DNA of 64,000 bases from a virus, in IMG/VR virus record IMGVR_UViG_3300021255_002126, positions 4,253-68,252 of that record. One strand, written 5' to 3'. Shown in pieces: positions 48,044 through 57,086 of this stretch (the first letter of the stretch is position 1; each line of letters starts with the position of its first letter). The translations under genes were made by a program, and so were the position numbers. The notes beneath the pieces were generated by a model that saw only the letters and a list, made by a program, of their open reading frames with translations, made no database searches and was not told where the DNA came from.

Positions 48044-48442
48044 TTAATCAAACAATGACAACTCCACTGCTTGCTCTTTCTTCTCTTTCGGCTCCCACTC
48101 GTTTACATCATATCCGTTATTTCGTAACCATTCCGAGAGAAGGTGCCTATGACAAAATTCTCCAGGCTTCTCATAGCAGCAAAGAGCAACGTCTCTTCCT
48201 TGGCTAATAGCACTCACAGCATTTATGATTTCCTGTGGGTTGAGTTTTGACAACATGTCCTTATACTTGCGCACATACTCCTCATGCCCACAAGCATTGC
48301 TCAACATGTAACTCGTGGGCGCTACCGCCAAATATCGAGGGCCCTGAAACCATTTAGGAGAGTATCTTGCAATGCTTATAGGCATCACACCCTCCTTGCT
48401 AAAGGCTCTTGAATTTGCGAAGTAACTCGTATATATCTTCAT
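48044..48442 (-). CDS. DUF488-family protein
   Basis: MKIYTSYF...LAVAP...LCCYEKPGEFCHRHL. Confidence 0.85.
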   Translation of the reverse strand: MKIYTSYFANSRAFSKEGVMPISIARYSPKWFQGPRYLAVAPTSYMLSNACGHEEYVRKYKDMLSKLNPQEIINAVSAISQGRDVALCCYEKPGEFCHRHLLSEWLRNNGYDVNEWEPKEKKEQAVELSLFD

Positions 48443-48465
48443 CTGATTGGTATTGTTTAATAATG

Positions 48466-48497
48466 CAAAGATACAAAATATGCTTGAAATAAAAGCA
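48466..48497 (-). promoter_or_regulatory. Promoter + TGCTT-N7-AAGCA operator (modification/terminase operon)
   Basis: TATCTTTG at 48466-48473; palindrome at 48481-48497. Confidence 0.75.
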
Positions 48498-48521
48498 TAT
48501 TTCAGCACGAAATCGCATCTT

Positions 48522-48806
48522 TTAAGAGTTTTTTAACATTTCTCTTATTTCTTTCTCATTCTTGTTGAACGCATATCCCATTGCTAATTCTGACCTATGC
48601 TCCTGCGTGTATTTTTCCGTGGCTTCCATAAGTCTCTTTGCTAAATACTCCAAATAGACCTCGCCGTCCTCAAACACATAAACGTGCTTTGCAACTATTT
48701 GAGCAAGTATATGAACAGCCACTTCTTCCGCATCTTTATTTGTCATACCTTTCATCACACGAGACACCTTTTCAATGGGTGTCATTTCCGATAATTTCTT
48801 TCCCAT
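48522..48806 (-). CDS. Hypothetical protein
   Basis: 94-aa ORF. Confidence 0.65.
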   Translation of the reverse strand: MGKKLSEMTPIEKVSRVMKGMTNKDAEEVAVHILAQIVAKHVYVFEDGEVYLEYLAKRLMEATEKYTQEHRSELAMGYAFNKNEKEIREMLKNS

Positions 48807-48829
48807 GTTCTTTCCAATTTTACAATTAA

Positions 48830-49606
48830 CTATAACTTATCTACCTTTATAGGATTGACCTTCATGGTGTCAAGATTCAAAAATGCGCCATGCACATCGA
48901 GAACACCTTTTGTAAACATCTTCCACATTATTGCCATTCCTATCTGGGCAAGTGTGGAGTTGATGAATAAATCCTGCTTTCTTAGCGCCTCCGCAAGAGA
49001 ACAACTCGGACCGCTGTCTTTGTCTTTGACATTTGCGAGGTCAAAGAAATCTGTTACGCACCGCAGTTTGCCAACATCGGTCTTCTTCTTGTTCTGACTG
49101 ATGTCACGCTTGGTCCCGAGTATCACCTGTCCCGTGGACTGCGTATTGCCGAAGTCCAGCCAGTAATAATTCACCTGCATATCGTAAACGTTCATCCCTC
49201 TCTTGTTCGGACATTCGAGGTTCTTATCGATTGCAAGTCGAGAGGCTATCGTATCGACACAGGAAATCACGATGTTCGCTTGCTCCGTACTCTCATCATA
49301 AATTTCGGGAATACTCTCCCATGATGTGCCGAAGAACATATTCAGTTTTGTTGTCAGTACCTCTGCCTTGTTCCGACCGACCTCTATGGGGGAGAACAGT
49401 TGACGTCCACAGTTGGCAGGTGTCACGATGTCTGCGTCATACACTTTCACATGAAGGCCTGGATGTCCTAACTCCCTCAATGCGTAATTCATCCTACCGA
49501 GGGAGGTCAACACCTGCGAGCCAGTACCGCCAGCACCTACCAAGGCTATCGTCAGCGGATGCGCAGGGTCTAAGATGTACGGATGAACAAAATGCTTGTA
49601 CTTCAT
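48830..49606 (-). CDS. PRTRC system ThiF (E1-like) protein
   Basis: VGAGGTGS, D.D.V..AN.GRQ, CVD, WLDFGN, PSCSLAEAL..QDLFIN. Confidence 0.9.
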   Translation of the reverse strand: MKYKHFVHPYILDPAHPLTIALVGAGGTGSQVLTSLGRMNYALRELGHPGLHVKVYDADIVTPANCGRQLFSPIEVGRNKAEVLTTKLNMFFGTSWESIPEIYDESTEQANIVISCVDTIASRLAIDKNLECPNKRGMNVYDMQVNYYWLDFGNTQSTGQVILGTKRDISQNKKKTDVGKLRCVTDFFDLANVKDKDSGPSCSLAEALRKQDLFINSTLAQIGMAIMWKMFTKGVLDVHGAFLNLDTMKVNPIKVDKL

Positions 49607-49607
49607 A

Positions 49608-49808
49608 TCACAACTCTCCTATATTTGCTTCTTCCATGTGGTTGTAGTGACTGCAAGTCCGCAGCCACCGCTTCTTCGTTTCCTCGTCTTCGAGCTGGTC
49701 TGCGAGGTGTGCTATCTCCGGCCAGTTTGCCCAGCCCAAATCTTCGTCAATCTGACGGATCTTCTTCAGCAATTCCTTGTCATGCTGACTCAATTTTTTC
49801 TGCTCCAT
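49608..49808 (-). CDS. Hypothetical protein
   Basis: Small ORF inside PRTRC cassette. Confidence 0.6.
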   Translation of the reverse strand: MEQKKLSQHDKELLKKIRQIDEDLGWANWPEIAHLADQLEDEETKKRWLRTCSHYNHMEEANIGEL

Positions 49809-49809
49809 A

Positions 49810-50508
49810 CTATTTCTTGAATAATGATTGTAATGTTGTCTTTATAACTATCAGGGAACTCAAAGGGAACGGCTTGTGACCGCTGATGCACTCCTTCATT
49901 ATGATGGATAGGTTGCCTTTCACAGGATTGCCGCCCATGAGGTGGGAAAACTCAGTCTTCCAAAACAACTCCTCCCAATAGGCCATCCAGTTCGCGTAGG
50001 TCTGATCCTTCGGTTTCGGCAACTTTCCGCTGCCGAGGCAGACTTTCGTACTCGTATTGAAGAAGGGCGCTTGATACAGCAACCTCTTCGGTTTCCTCCC
50101 CTTGAAGGCATACATCGACAGACTCTTTCCGTCCGTCACATACACAAGGCCAGGCACCAATACCTCGCCATTGGGAATGCCAAGGCTCTCTGAGAAGTAG
50201 AACATTCTCTTCTCCGGCTTCCTGTACCACACCAGTTTGTAGGAGTCGATGCTCGTGCTGGCATACAGCAGGTTCTCGGGTATCTCTCCATGCAGAGAGA
50301 CCATCGACGTGGTTCCGTGCGCGTACTTATCGACTGTCTTCAGCAAGTTCGCTATGACATCGACTTCAAGAGGCTTACCTGCGCACATCGCTCCGTTTCT
50401 GATTGGACGATGCTCCACATACGCACCCTCATTGAGGCTGCTCTTGTAGAACACCAAAGCATCGGTAGCCTCCAGTTTCTCATTCAGTATCTTGCTCAGA
50501 TTTCCCAT
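49810..50508 (-). CDS. PRTRC system protein B (E2-like)
   Basis: LYQAPFFN...VCLG...WEELFW.TEFSH. Confidence 0.88.
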   Translation of the reverse strand: MGNLSKILNEKLEATDALVFYKSSLNEGAYVEHRPIRNGAMCAGKPLEVDVIANLLKTVDKYAHGTTSMVSLHGEIPENLLYASTSIDSYKLVWYRKPEKRMFYFSESLGIPNGEVLVPGLVYVTDGKSLSMYAFKGRKPKRLLYQAPFFNTSTKVCLGSGKLPKPKDQTYANWMAYWEELFWKTEFSHLMGGNPVKGNLSIIMKECISGHKPFPLSSLIVIKTTLQSLFKK

Positions 50509-51682
50509 ACAGGTCAAATTTTTCGGTTGCCCGATAGAACGTCCTCAGCCACTTGTCGAATGACGCGCACAAATCCTTGCATCGCATAAACTCAAGTATG
50601 TCTGCCTTCTTCATCTTCGGTGACAACCATTGATGGATATTCCAGCCAGTCATCATGATACCGGCATTCACTTCATTATTCACGCTGTCGAGCAGGGCTT
50701 CTGATATGCCGTCATGCTCTGAATAGAGGATGGCCGAGGCGAACACGCTGCTTGCATATCCGTCCGAGCCATAGTTGCCATATTCGTCTTCGATACCATC
50801 ATCGTCGGGGTTGAACTCGAACCAGTAGCAGTTCATGTCCTTGACAATATCGATACCTTCCATCATGGCTTCCACAAGTTCCGTCTCATTGACTGGGCAT
50901 TCGTGAAGATACTCCTCCAATGCCTCATACAGATCCTCCGGCTTCTCTCTCGACAATCCGTAGATTTCGTCGAACAGGTTCCAAAACTCTCCGTCCACCT
51001 TGTACTTTTCAAGGACAGGGTCTTTCTCCTTCACCTCTTCCTCATCATCTTCGTAATGGTCGAAATCATCTTCGTCGTACATGTTCATCATGCAGTCAAG
51101 GTAGAAATTCTCCGAGTGCTCTGGGATGCCGAGAGGTATCTGAGTGCAGTCCGAGACGAACTTCATGAACCGCTTGTACATCTGACTGCCTGCTGGCGAC
51201 AAATACCTTGCAGGAGCGCAGTAGAGGATAACGATTGTGTCCTCCAGTTCACTTCCCCAACGATAGACCACACATTGCAGAACGTCCGTTTCATCACCTT
51301 GCGGAAACTTCATGCTGACTACGAGAGAAAGTCCGAAAGGCTCGATCTTGTTTTCAAAGTAATCTATCAATTCTCCGAGCGCCTGAGATTTGGTAAAGCC
51401 AACGATAGGCTCGTAATCAAACTCTATTCCAACAAATTTCAGAAAACGCTTACAGCAGGCAAGTACATTGGAATAACTATTATCAATGTTTATGCCCAGC
51501 CTGGCCGTCGCATCCTTTTCCGAAGGTCTTATCGGTTCTATCGTGGTAGTCAGAAAAGCAGGGGCGCTGAGGGAGGGAGCAGCGGTTGCCGCTCCTCGTC
51601 CCTTGCCCTGAACTCTTGCCTTCGTTCTGACTCCAGTACCGAATACAAAGCCTTGTGAAACTCTGGTAGCTCCTTGTTGCAT
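50480..51682 (-). CDS. PRTRC system protein F-like acidic protein
   Basis: Position between protein C and protein B; very acidic. Confidence 0.6.
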   Translation of the reverse strand: MQQGATRVSQGFVFGTGVRTKARVQGKGRGAATAAPSLSAPAFLTTTIEPIRPSEKDATARLGINIDNSYSNVLACCKRFLKFVGIEFDYEPIVGFTKSQALGELIDYFENKIEPFGLSLVVSMKFPQGDETDVLQCVVYRWGSELEDTIVILYCAPARYLSPAGSQMYKRFMKFVSDCTQIPLGIPEHSENFYLDCMMNMYDEDDFDHYEDDEEEVKEKDPVLEKYKVDGEFWNLFDEIYGLSREKPEDLYEALEEYLHECPVNETELVEAMMEGIDIVKDMNCYWFEFNPDDDGIEDEYGNYGSDGYASSVFASAILYSEHDGISEALLDSVNNEVNAGIMMTGWNIHQWLSPKMKKADILEFMRCKDLCASFDKWLRTFYRATEKFDLYGKSEQDTE

Positions 51683-51686
51683 TTCT

Positions 51687-51899
51687 TCATCCCTTAGTAC
51701 CAACTGTAGTCTTGAACTCATACACAGCCCTGTTACGGTCATCGACCTTCGGGCCGTGTACGTTACTCGTCGTCAACTCTGGATAGGTAGCCGAGTAGAA
51801 CTGCATCACCTCTTCAGGGGACATGTTCTTGTCGGGGTCTTCCAACTCTCGTGTTCCATGCTTGAACACACGCTTCATTCCTGTTACATTCAGTGCCAT
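51687..51899 (-). CDS. PRTRC system protein C (ubiquitin-like)
   Basis: RVF..L.DPD...SPEEV..FYSATYPELT...F..VGTKG. Confidence 0.9.
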   Translation of the reverse strand: MALNVTGMKRVFKHGTRELEDPDKNMSPEEVMQFYSATYPELTTSNVHGPKVDDRNRAVYEFKTTVGTKG

Positions 51900-52085
51900 A
51901 TTCTATTCCTCCCAATAATTGTCTGTCATAAAATCATCATAGCGGATCTCCCAAACACCTACGTTTGTAGAGTCTTCTACTCCTACTATCTTGAAATCTG
52001 GATTAGTATTTCCTCTTGTTACTACAACAGCAGCATCATCTGGAATTTTCTCCACCAACTTCTTTAAATCTTTTCCTAACATATA

Positions 52086-52718
52086 TTATTCCTCCTCTTC
52101 GTTTTCGTTATCATCATTGTCGTCTAACTCCATAGCCTTCTTGAAGGCTTCGCCTACAGCATCCTTGGTAGTTTTGGTGGAATCACCTACATCCTTGCCG
52201 TCGCTCAAATCCTCTTCACCTCCGAACATGTTACCAACACCCGACTTTGCATCAATCTCCTTACTTACTTTGTCAATGATGTTCTTCTCTGCTGCAGGGA
52301 GTGCTGAAGCCTTGGAGAGAACAGCACGAGCATCCTTGAACTTGTGCTCTTCGTTGTTCTTACGAGCGAGGGCTATGAGGTCGTTGAACTCCTTCTTCTG
52401 CTTTGCGGCTTCGTCCTTCAACTTCTTAGCCATTTCGGACTCGCGCTTGGCTTTCTCGGTGCTCTCCTCAAACTCCTTGATGTTAGACACTAAGCCCTGA
52501 GCCTCGGCGAGAGGTTTCAGAGCATCCTTGAAGCCTTCCTCGAAGTCTTCTGGAGTGCCGCTCATGACCAGCGGAGTGATGTGCTCCACAGCCTTGTCCT
52601 TGACACCTCTGTTGTCGGGCATGATACTCACTGCGATGTTACCACCGCTCTTTCTGATGGCCATCGTAACCTGTTGGCCGTCCTGCAGGAAATCTGCAAT
52701 CGTCTTGAAAAATTCCAT
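52086..52718 (-). CDS. PRTRC system protein E
   Basis: MEFF..I...VSIMP...PLVMSGTPEDFEEGF. Confidence 0.88.
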   Translation of the reverse strand: MEFFKTIADFLQDGQQVTMAIRKSGGNIAVSIMPDNRGVKDKAVEHITPLVMSGTPEDFEEGFKDALKPLAEAQGLVSNIKEFEESTEKAKRESEMAKKLKDEAAKQKKEFNDLIALARKNNEEHKFKDARAVLSKASALPAAEKNIIDKVSKEIDAKSGVGNMFGGEEDLSDGKDVGDSTKTTKDAVGEAFKKAMELDDNDDNENEEEE

Positions 52719-52743
52719 ACTTCAATTACTTTTATGGTGAATA

Positions 52744-53442
52744 CTAAAATAACTCATCGTCTGTCTGCTCCTCTACCTGTTCCTTGATTGTCGCTATGAT
52801 TTCGGGAGTCAGCTCAAACTTCTTGTTCCACATGTCGTCTATGAACTGGCAGCGAGAGAGTATCGTCCTCACTCCCTCTGATACCATTCTCACCGTGAAG
52901 GCCTCAACGTTGTCGAATGGGTTGCTACGTTCCCCGAAGTTCATCTTCTCATACTCCAAATACTCTCCGGCTTCGTAGAACCACTCATTGAGATACCTAT
53001 GCGCTTCTGCCGTGGAGTAGGTGAACGTACCATCGCAACACATGCCCTCGGTCATGGTGATACCGAAATCGCAGGCATACACATCGTTGCCCTCATACTC
53101 CTCGATGTTCTCCAAGATGTAGTCCTTGCAGAAAGCGAAGAACTCAGGCACCTCTTCCTTGACATCTTCCTTGACCTCTTCCGATACGGGGTACAACTCA
53201 TCAACATCTATCCAATCGAATGTACGACCTTTCTCATACATCTGTGTAAACTCGTTGCCGTTGAGATACCAGCCTTTCAGCCCATCGGCTTGCACATACT
53301 GGCATACCCAACTATGAAGTTTCCCGTCTAACCCTCCGTACCCTTTCACAAAGTAGGAGTGTATCTGACGACCTGCAAGGTCTGGCACCTCGTCCGGCCA
53401 CTTGTGCCAAACGGCATTGGGGTTGTTCTTCTCAATCCTCAT
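52744..53442 (-). CDS. Acidic hypothetical protein
   Basis: Start placed at MRIEKNN. Confidence 0.65.
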   Translation of the reverse strand: MRIEKNNPNAVWHKWPDEVPDLAGRQIHSYFVKGYGGLDGKLHSWVCQYVQADGLKGWYLNGNEFTQMYEKGRTFDWIDVDELYPVSEEVKEDVKEEVPEFFAFCKDYILENIEEYEGNDVYACDFGITMTEGMCCDGTFTYSTAEAHRYLNEWFYEAGEYLEYEKMNFGERSNPFDNVEAFTVRMVSEGVRTILSRCQFIDDMWNKKFELTPEIIATIKEQVEEQTDDELF

Positions 53443-53851
53443 CTTCTTCCTCCTCTTCTTCAGTGTTATCTTCAACGTACTGCTTGAACTCCTTGATGAT
53501 GTCCTCATCAGACGTGTTCTCTGCAAACTCATAGTCGATGTAGCCATCTACCATATCCTCGTCGGCATCGGGGAACTCCTCCTCGATAACCTTTCGGGCA
53601 TGGTCGGCCCAATCATCATCATCTTGCTGAGTCAAGGCTTCATAGTTCCGATAGCCGAGCAAGTCTGCAATCGTGTCTCTCTCAAACCAAAGGAAATCAT
53701 TCAACTGAGTATCGGTGATGCCATCGGGGTACAACTCCTCGATGTGTTTTTCCAGCCTTTCACAATCGGAATGGCTCAAATCATTCATGGTGTCCTTTCC
53801 ACCTGACCATGCCTCAAAGTTCTCGAGGCTTGTTTCACAGATAATCTTCAT
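53432..53851 (-). CDS. Very acidic hypothetical protein
   Basis: FEAWSGG..T...TQLNDFLWFE motif; AGAGCAATG start. Confidence 0.75.
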   Translation of the reverse strand: MKIICETSLENFEAWSGGKDTMNDLSHSDCERLEKHIEELYPDGITDTQLNDFLWFERDTIADLLGYRNYEALTQQDDDDWADHARKVIEEEFPDADEDMVDGYIDYEFAENTSDEDIIKEFKQYVEDNTEEEEEEDED

Positions 53852-53900
53852 TGCTCTTACGTTTCTTATGGTGGGAGGGCGGTTACCCCTCCCGTTACCT

Positions 53901-54281
53901 TTACTTGTTCGCTTCCTTTATTAGCCAATCGATTTCGGCATCAGTCAGCGGATAATCTTTCTCTCTCTTGAAATTGATGATGAACAACTGCCCGACAGCG
54001 TTAATCAAGCGGTCGTACATTTGATTTGGTATCTCTCCGTCAAAGTCAACAATCAGACCCCTTACGAAGTTCTTCTTATCCTCCTGTGCTTTCTCCTTGG
54101 CCTCCTTGACATGCTGCTCGAAAACGGATGCCTTCTGATAGAACCGACAACAATATTCTATACCGAAGTCGTTTGCGATGTTATGGCACATCTGGTCGAT
54201 GTCATGACTCCCGAAAAAGTCTGCGAAATACGTGTCACCTTTAAGGGATTGCAAAATCTCGATTTCTTGTTTCTTATCCAT
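53901..54281 (-). CDS. Hypothetical early protein
   Basis: AGAGCAATG start. Confidence 0.75.
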   Translation of the reverse strand: MDKKQEIEILQSLKGDTYFADFFGSHDIDQMCHNIANDFGIEYCCRFYQKASVFEQHVKEAKEKAQEDKKNFVRGLIVDFDGEIPNQMYDRLINAVGQLFIINFKREKDYPLTDAEIDWLIKEANK

Positions 54282-54298
54282 TGCTCTTCTCTCCTATA

Positions 54299-54535
54299 TT
54301 ATGGTAAAACATAAATAACGGTTGCACCTCTTCTTTGGGCCTCTTCCTTGGCTACCCTCACCGCTTCTTTGTAGGTCATGCTATTTGTGAAGAACGCCTT
54401 GGTTACATCTTCGTATCCTTCTTTGCTTCCGATGCTGAATGCCCAGACGCCACGACCTTTCGGCTCTTTTCCTAAATCGGAATAGTAAAGGGTCGTTTCT
54501 ACCTTGATTTCTTTCTTCAATACTTTCGTTTTCAT
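54299..54535 (-). CDS. Hypothetical early protein
   Basis: AGAGCAATG start; first gene after promoter repeat 5. Confidence 0.75.
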   Translation of the reverse strand: MKTKVLKKEIKVETTLYYSDLGKEPKGRGVWAFSIGSKEGYEDVTKAFFTNSMTYKEAVRVAKEEAQRRGATVIYVLP

Positions 54536-54564
54536 TGCTCTTCTTCTTTAAACGTTAATAATGA

Positions 54565-54671
54565 TGTTTCTTATATTTCTACTGTAAAGGTAGTCATTTT
54601 TTGGCAATTTTCCAAATTTTTCGAGCATTATTTTCGTTTCAAACGTCTGATTATCAAAGGTTTAACTTTTG
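54565..54671 (-). promoter_or_regulatory. Early promoter repeat, copy 5
   Basis: TTGG-N7-CCAA, TACCTTTA (54585-54592), AAATATAAGAAACA leader. Confidence 0.8.
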
Positions 54672-54672
54672 C

Positions 54673-54957
54673 TCACATTTGCCTCAATTCTTCAATCGAA
54701 AGAGACTTGATGTCGGTTATACCATAGTTCTCATGCAACCAATCTGAAAAAGTATCTCTGCCGTCAGATCTCCAATAGTATCTTGAGTAGAGTCGACACC
54801 TCAAAAGCCTTCGTTCTTTTCTTTCTGGGTTTTCCGACTCTACTTTTGCCAACCATCTTTTCTGCGATTCGTTTGCTCTGCGTTTGAAACGTTCGTACTC
54901 TTCCTGTGTTTTGAAATGCTCTCGCTTGTATTTATAATTCTTTTTCATGACTATCAT
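54673..54957 (-). CDS. Basic hypothetical protein
   Basis: 3' part of 54673-55116 ORF; start uncertain. Confidence 0.55.
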   Translation of the reverse strand: MIVMKKNYKYKREHFKTQEEYERFKRRANESQKRWLAKVESENPERKERRLLRCRLYSRYYWRSDGRDTFSDWLHENYGITDIKSLSIEELRQM

Positions 54958-55246
54958 GTTTTGAGAGTTTTCTTGTTTCTGCTCTATGCTTAGCGTCATA
55001 ACGGTTGTGGCACCTCTGACAGAGGGCACGCAGGTTAGACGGGTCACAATGTTCGGGAACGTGGTCGAGGTGGGCAATCGTAAGTACAACACGCACCATC
55101 TTCTTCGTCTTTTCATTGAAAAACCATGTGTGGTTCTCGCGTCCGCAAAACTCGCAACGATTCTTTGCCCTTGCGAGGATTGACGGACGAATCTCGCTTT
55201 TCCAGTTCTTAGGATAGCGGTCTTTATTCTCCTTCTTTATTGGCAT
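54932..55246 (-). CDS. HNH-family endonuclease
   Basis: YPKNW..I..CEFCG...LTIAHLDH.P..C...NLRALCQRCHNRYD. Confidence 0.8.
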   Translation of the reverse strand: MPIKKENKDRYPKNWKSEIRPSILARAKNRCEFCGRENHTWFFNEKTKKMVRVVLTIAHLDHVPEHCDPSNLRALCQRCHNRYDAKHRAETRKLSKHDSHEKEL

Positions 55247-55476
55247 AACTGCAACCCCACCTCCCTTATCTTCTTTTGCAATTCGGTATACTTTCTTTGC
55301 CATGTCGAGGAGGAATTCACTGCAGCAATCCATGCCCTCTTGAACTTCTCACATCGATGGCGAAGCATCTTATTTTCCTCTATTGCCTTATCGGCATAGG
55401 CTCGCTCTGGTGTCGCAAAGCGACCTTTCTTGTCCCTTAATTTCATAGCAGGGTCTTTAGAAAACAAATCTTCCAT
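55237..55476 (-). CDS. Hypothetical protein
   Basis: RDKKGRF motif, coiled coil. Confidence 0.6.
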   Translation of the reverse strand: MEDLFSKDPAMKLRDKKGRFATPERAYADKAIEENKMLRHRCEKFKRAWIAAVNSSSTWQRKYTELQKKIREVGLQLCQ

Positions 55477-55477
55477 A

Positions 55478-55636
55478 TTACCTGTCTCTTAACGTTTCGT
55501 CTATCTCTTTCATTACTCCGTACCATTTACGTCCCTCAACAAGACCACCAGACCTGATGAGAGAGCGCAAAGAGCGAAGGTCTTCCTAGTCCATGTATTC
55601 AAGGCAAAAGCCTCTATCCTTTTGGTTAACCAACAT
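55478..55636 (-). pseudogene. 52-codon ORF interrupted by one in-frame TAG
   Basis: MLVNQKDRGFCLEYMD*EDLRSLRSLIRSGG...; fills the gap between neighbours exactly. Confidence 0.5.
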
Positions 55637-55877
55637 TGTCCGGCTTCTTCTCTAATTCTTGACCGATTGCAAACATAGCGACTGCAAGAGGCATCTGAGT
55701 CTTCACTTCTTCATCGTCTATCTTGTCGATGTCAACAAAGATGGGTTCCTCGGAGGATTTCATTCTTTCAATGACCTCCGTCAATTTCTTTTCCTCTTCC
55801 TCCGAGTCAGTATTCATCATGACGACGCCCGATACGAGGTTGAGAATTTTGTCACTGATTTCAAGTACTACTTTCAT
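55626..55877 (-). CDS. Hypothetical protein
   Basis: Start placed at MKVVLEI. Confidence 0.6.
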   Translation of the reverse strand: MKVVLEISDKILNLVSGVVMMNTDSEEEEKKLTEVIERMKSSEEPIFVDIDKIDDEEVKTQMPLAVAMFAIGQELEKKPDNVG

Positions 55878-55896
55878 AACTCTATTCTTTGATGGT

Positions 55897-56247
55897 TTAA
55901 CGATTATCTCCTTCACCACTCAACTTGTTGCGTTTCTGTCTTGATTTCAATTTCTGATAGTTCATGACCGCTATCTCTTCAAGAGAATAACCGAGGTCGT
56001 ATGCCATTGTAGCAACGTACCAAAGTACATCACCTACCTCTTTGGCAAGTTCTTCACGCTTGTCCTCCGGCAAGACAATGGAACCGCTTCCGTCTCGCAC
56101 TACCACGAAGTCGCGCAACACTTTCTTAACTTTGTCCGCTACCTCTCCGGCCTCTCCGTTCATTCCGAGAGCAGGATAGATAGTCTTGTACTCTTTCGGG
56201 TACATTGCTGTTTCCAGCGCCATTTTCTGATACTCATTAATTTCCAT
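55897..56247 (-). CDS. MazG-like nucleotide pyrophosphohydrolase
   Basis: LGMNGEAGEVADKVKK...KEVGDVLWY. Confidence 0.9.
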   Translation of the reverse strand: MEINEYQKMALETAMYPKEYKTIYPALGMNGEAGEVADKVKKVLRDFVVVRDGSGSIVLPEDKREELAKEVGDVLWYVATMAYDLGYSLEEIAVMNYQKLKSRQKRNKLSGEGDNR

Positions 56248-56258
56248 AACTATATTTT

Positions 56259-57086
56259 TTAATTAAACGTAATCAAACCAAATCTCTTTTGGAGAATCTT
56301 CATAGAGGTCTCTATATGACCTTCAAACGCCACCTCACATGGAGATGCAAACTTTTTCATATATTCTTTCAATGTCTCGTTTATCGGGTTTGTGACTGAC
56401 GGAACATAACTGTCCAACTTGCTTGCTATCAAATCATTCATATTGTTATTGTGAATTTCAAGCAAACGGAGGAACACCAAAGCAATACACGCATTAGTCT
56501 TCATAGACAAGTGACTGCAAGTCGGCCAGGTCTTCTTCAATTCGCCATTCATCGAATAGTAAAGCAGAACAAGGTCTCTCTGATTCTTTCTTATATACTC
56601 ATCAGCAGTCCTCTTTAACCTTTCCACATGATTGTTGTCTATATCTTTCTTGCATTCGCTTATGTACTTTTCACGAAGTTCACGAACCGATCTGCTCAAC
56701 TTTATCGTTTCGGATATTCTGTTTTCTGCTGCATACTTGATGACATCCTCAGCGTAACGCCATGCAACCTCTGTTATGATGAGTGGGACAAACGATATAT
56801 TCATATTCTCTTGGAACGTGAACGTTTCCAACATCGTCAACGTATCACTATGTATCTTCCGTTTAAACTGCGCTTCCGTAATAGGAGTTCGTGATACGTT
56901 GCTCATTCCGGACTTCTTATCGTTTTCTCGACAACCGAAATGCGTCTTTCGGTTCAGCACCTTCCTTCCTAACTTGTAGGCAATATTTAGGTACATATCC
57001 CCTTTACGAATAGGCTTGCCACATAGTTGGCAAACGTGTTCTTTCCTTGCCTTGGGAGTAGTTGTGTGCAAAATAACTTCTTTCAT
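56259..57086 (-). CDS. Zn-finger-containing hypothetical protein
   Basis: ARKEHVCQLCG..I..G..Y...H..C; AGAGCAATG start. Confidence 0.7.
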   Translation of the reverse strand: MKEVILHTTTPKARKEHVCQLCGKPIRKGDMYLNIAYKLGRKVLNRKTHFGCRENDKKSGMSNVSRTPITEAQFKRKIHSDTLTMLETFTFQENMNISFVPLIITEVAWRYAEDVIKYAAENRISETIKLSRSVRELREKYISECKKDIDNNHVERLKRTADEYIRKNQRDLVLLYYSMNGELKKTWPTCSHLSMKTNACIALVFLRLLEIHNNNMNDLIASKLDSYVPSVTNPINETLKEYMKKFASPCEVAFEGHIETSMKILQKRFGLITFN

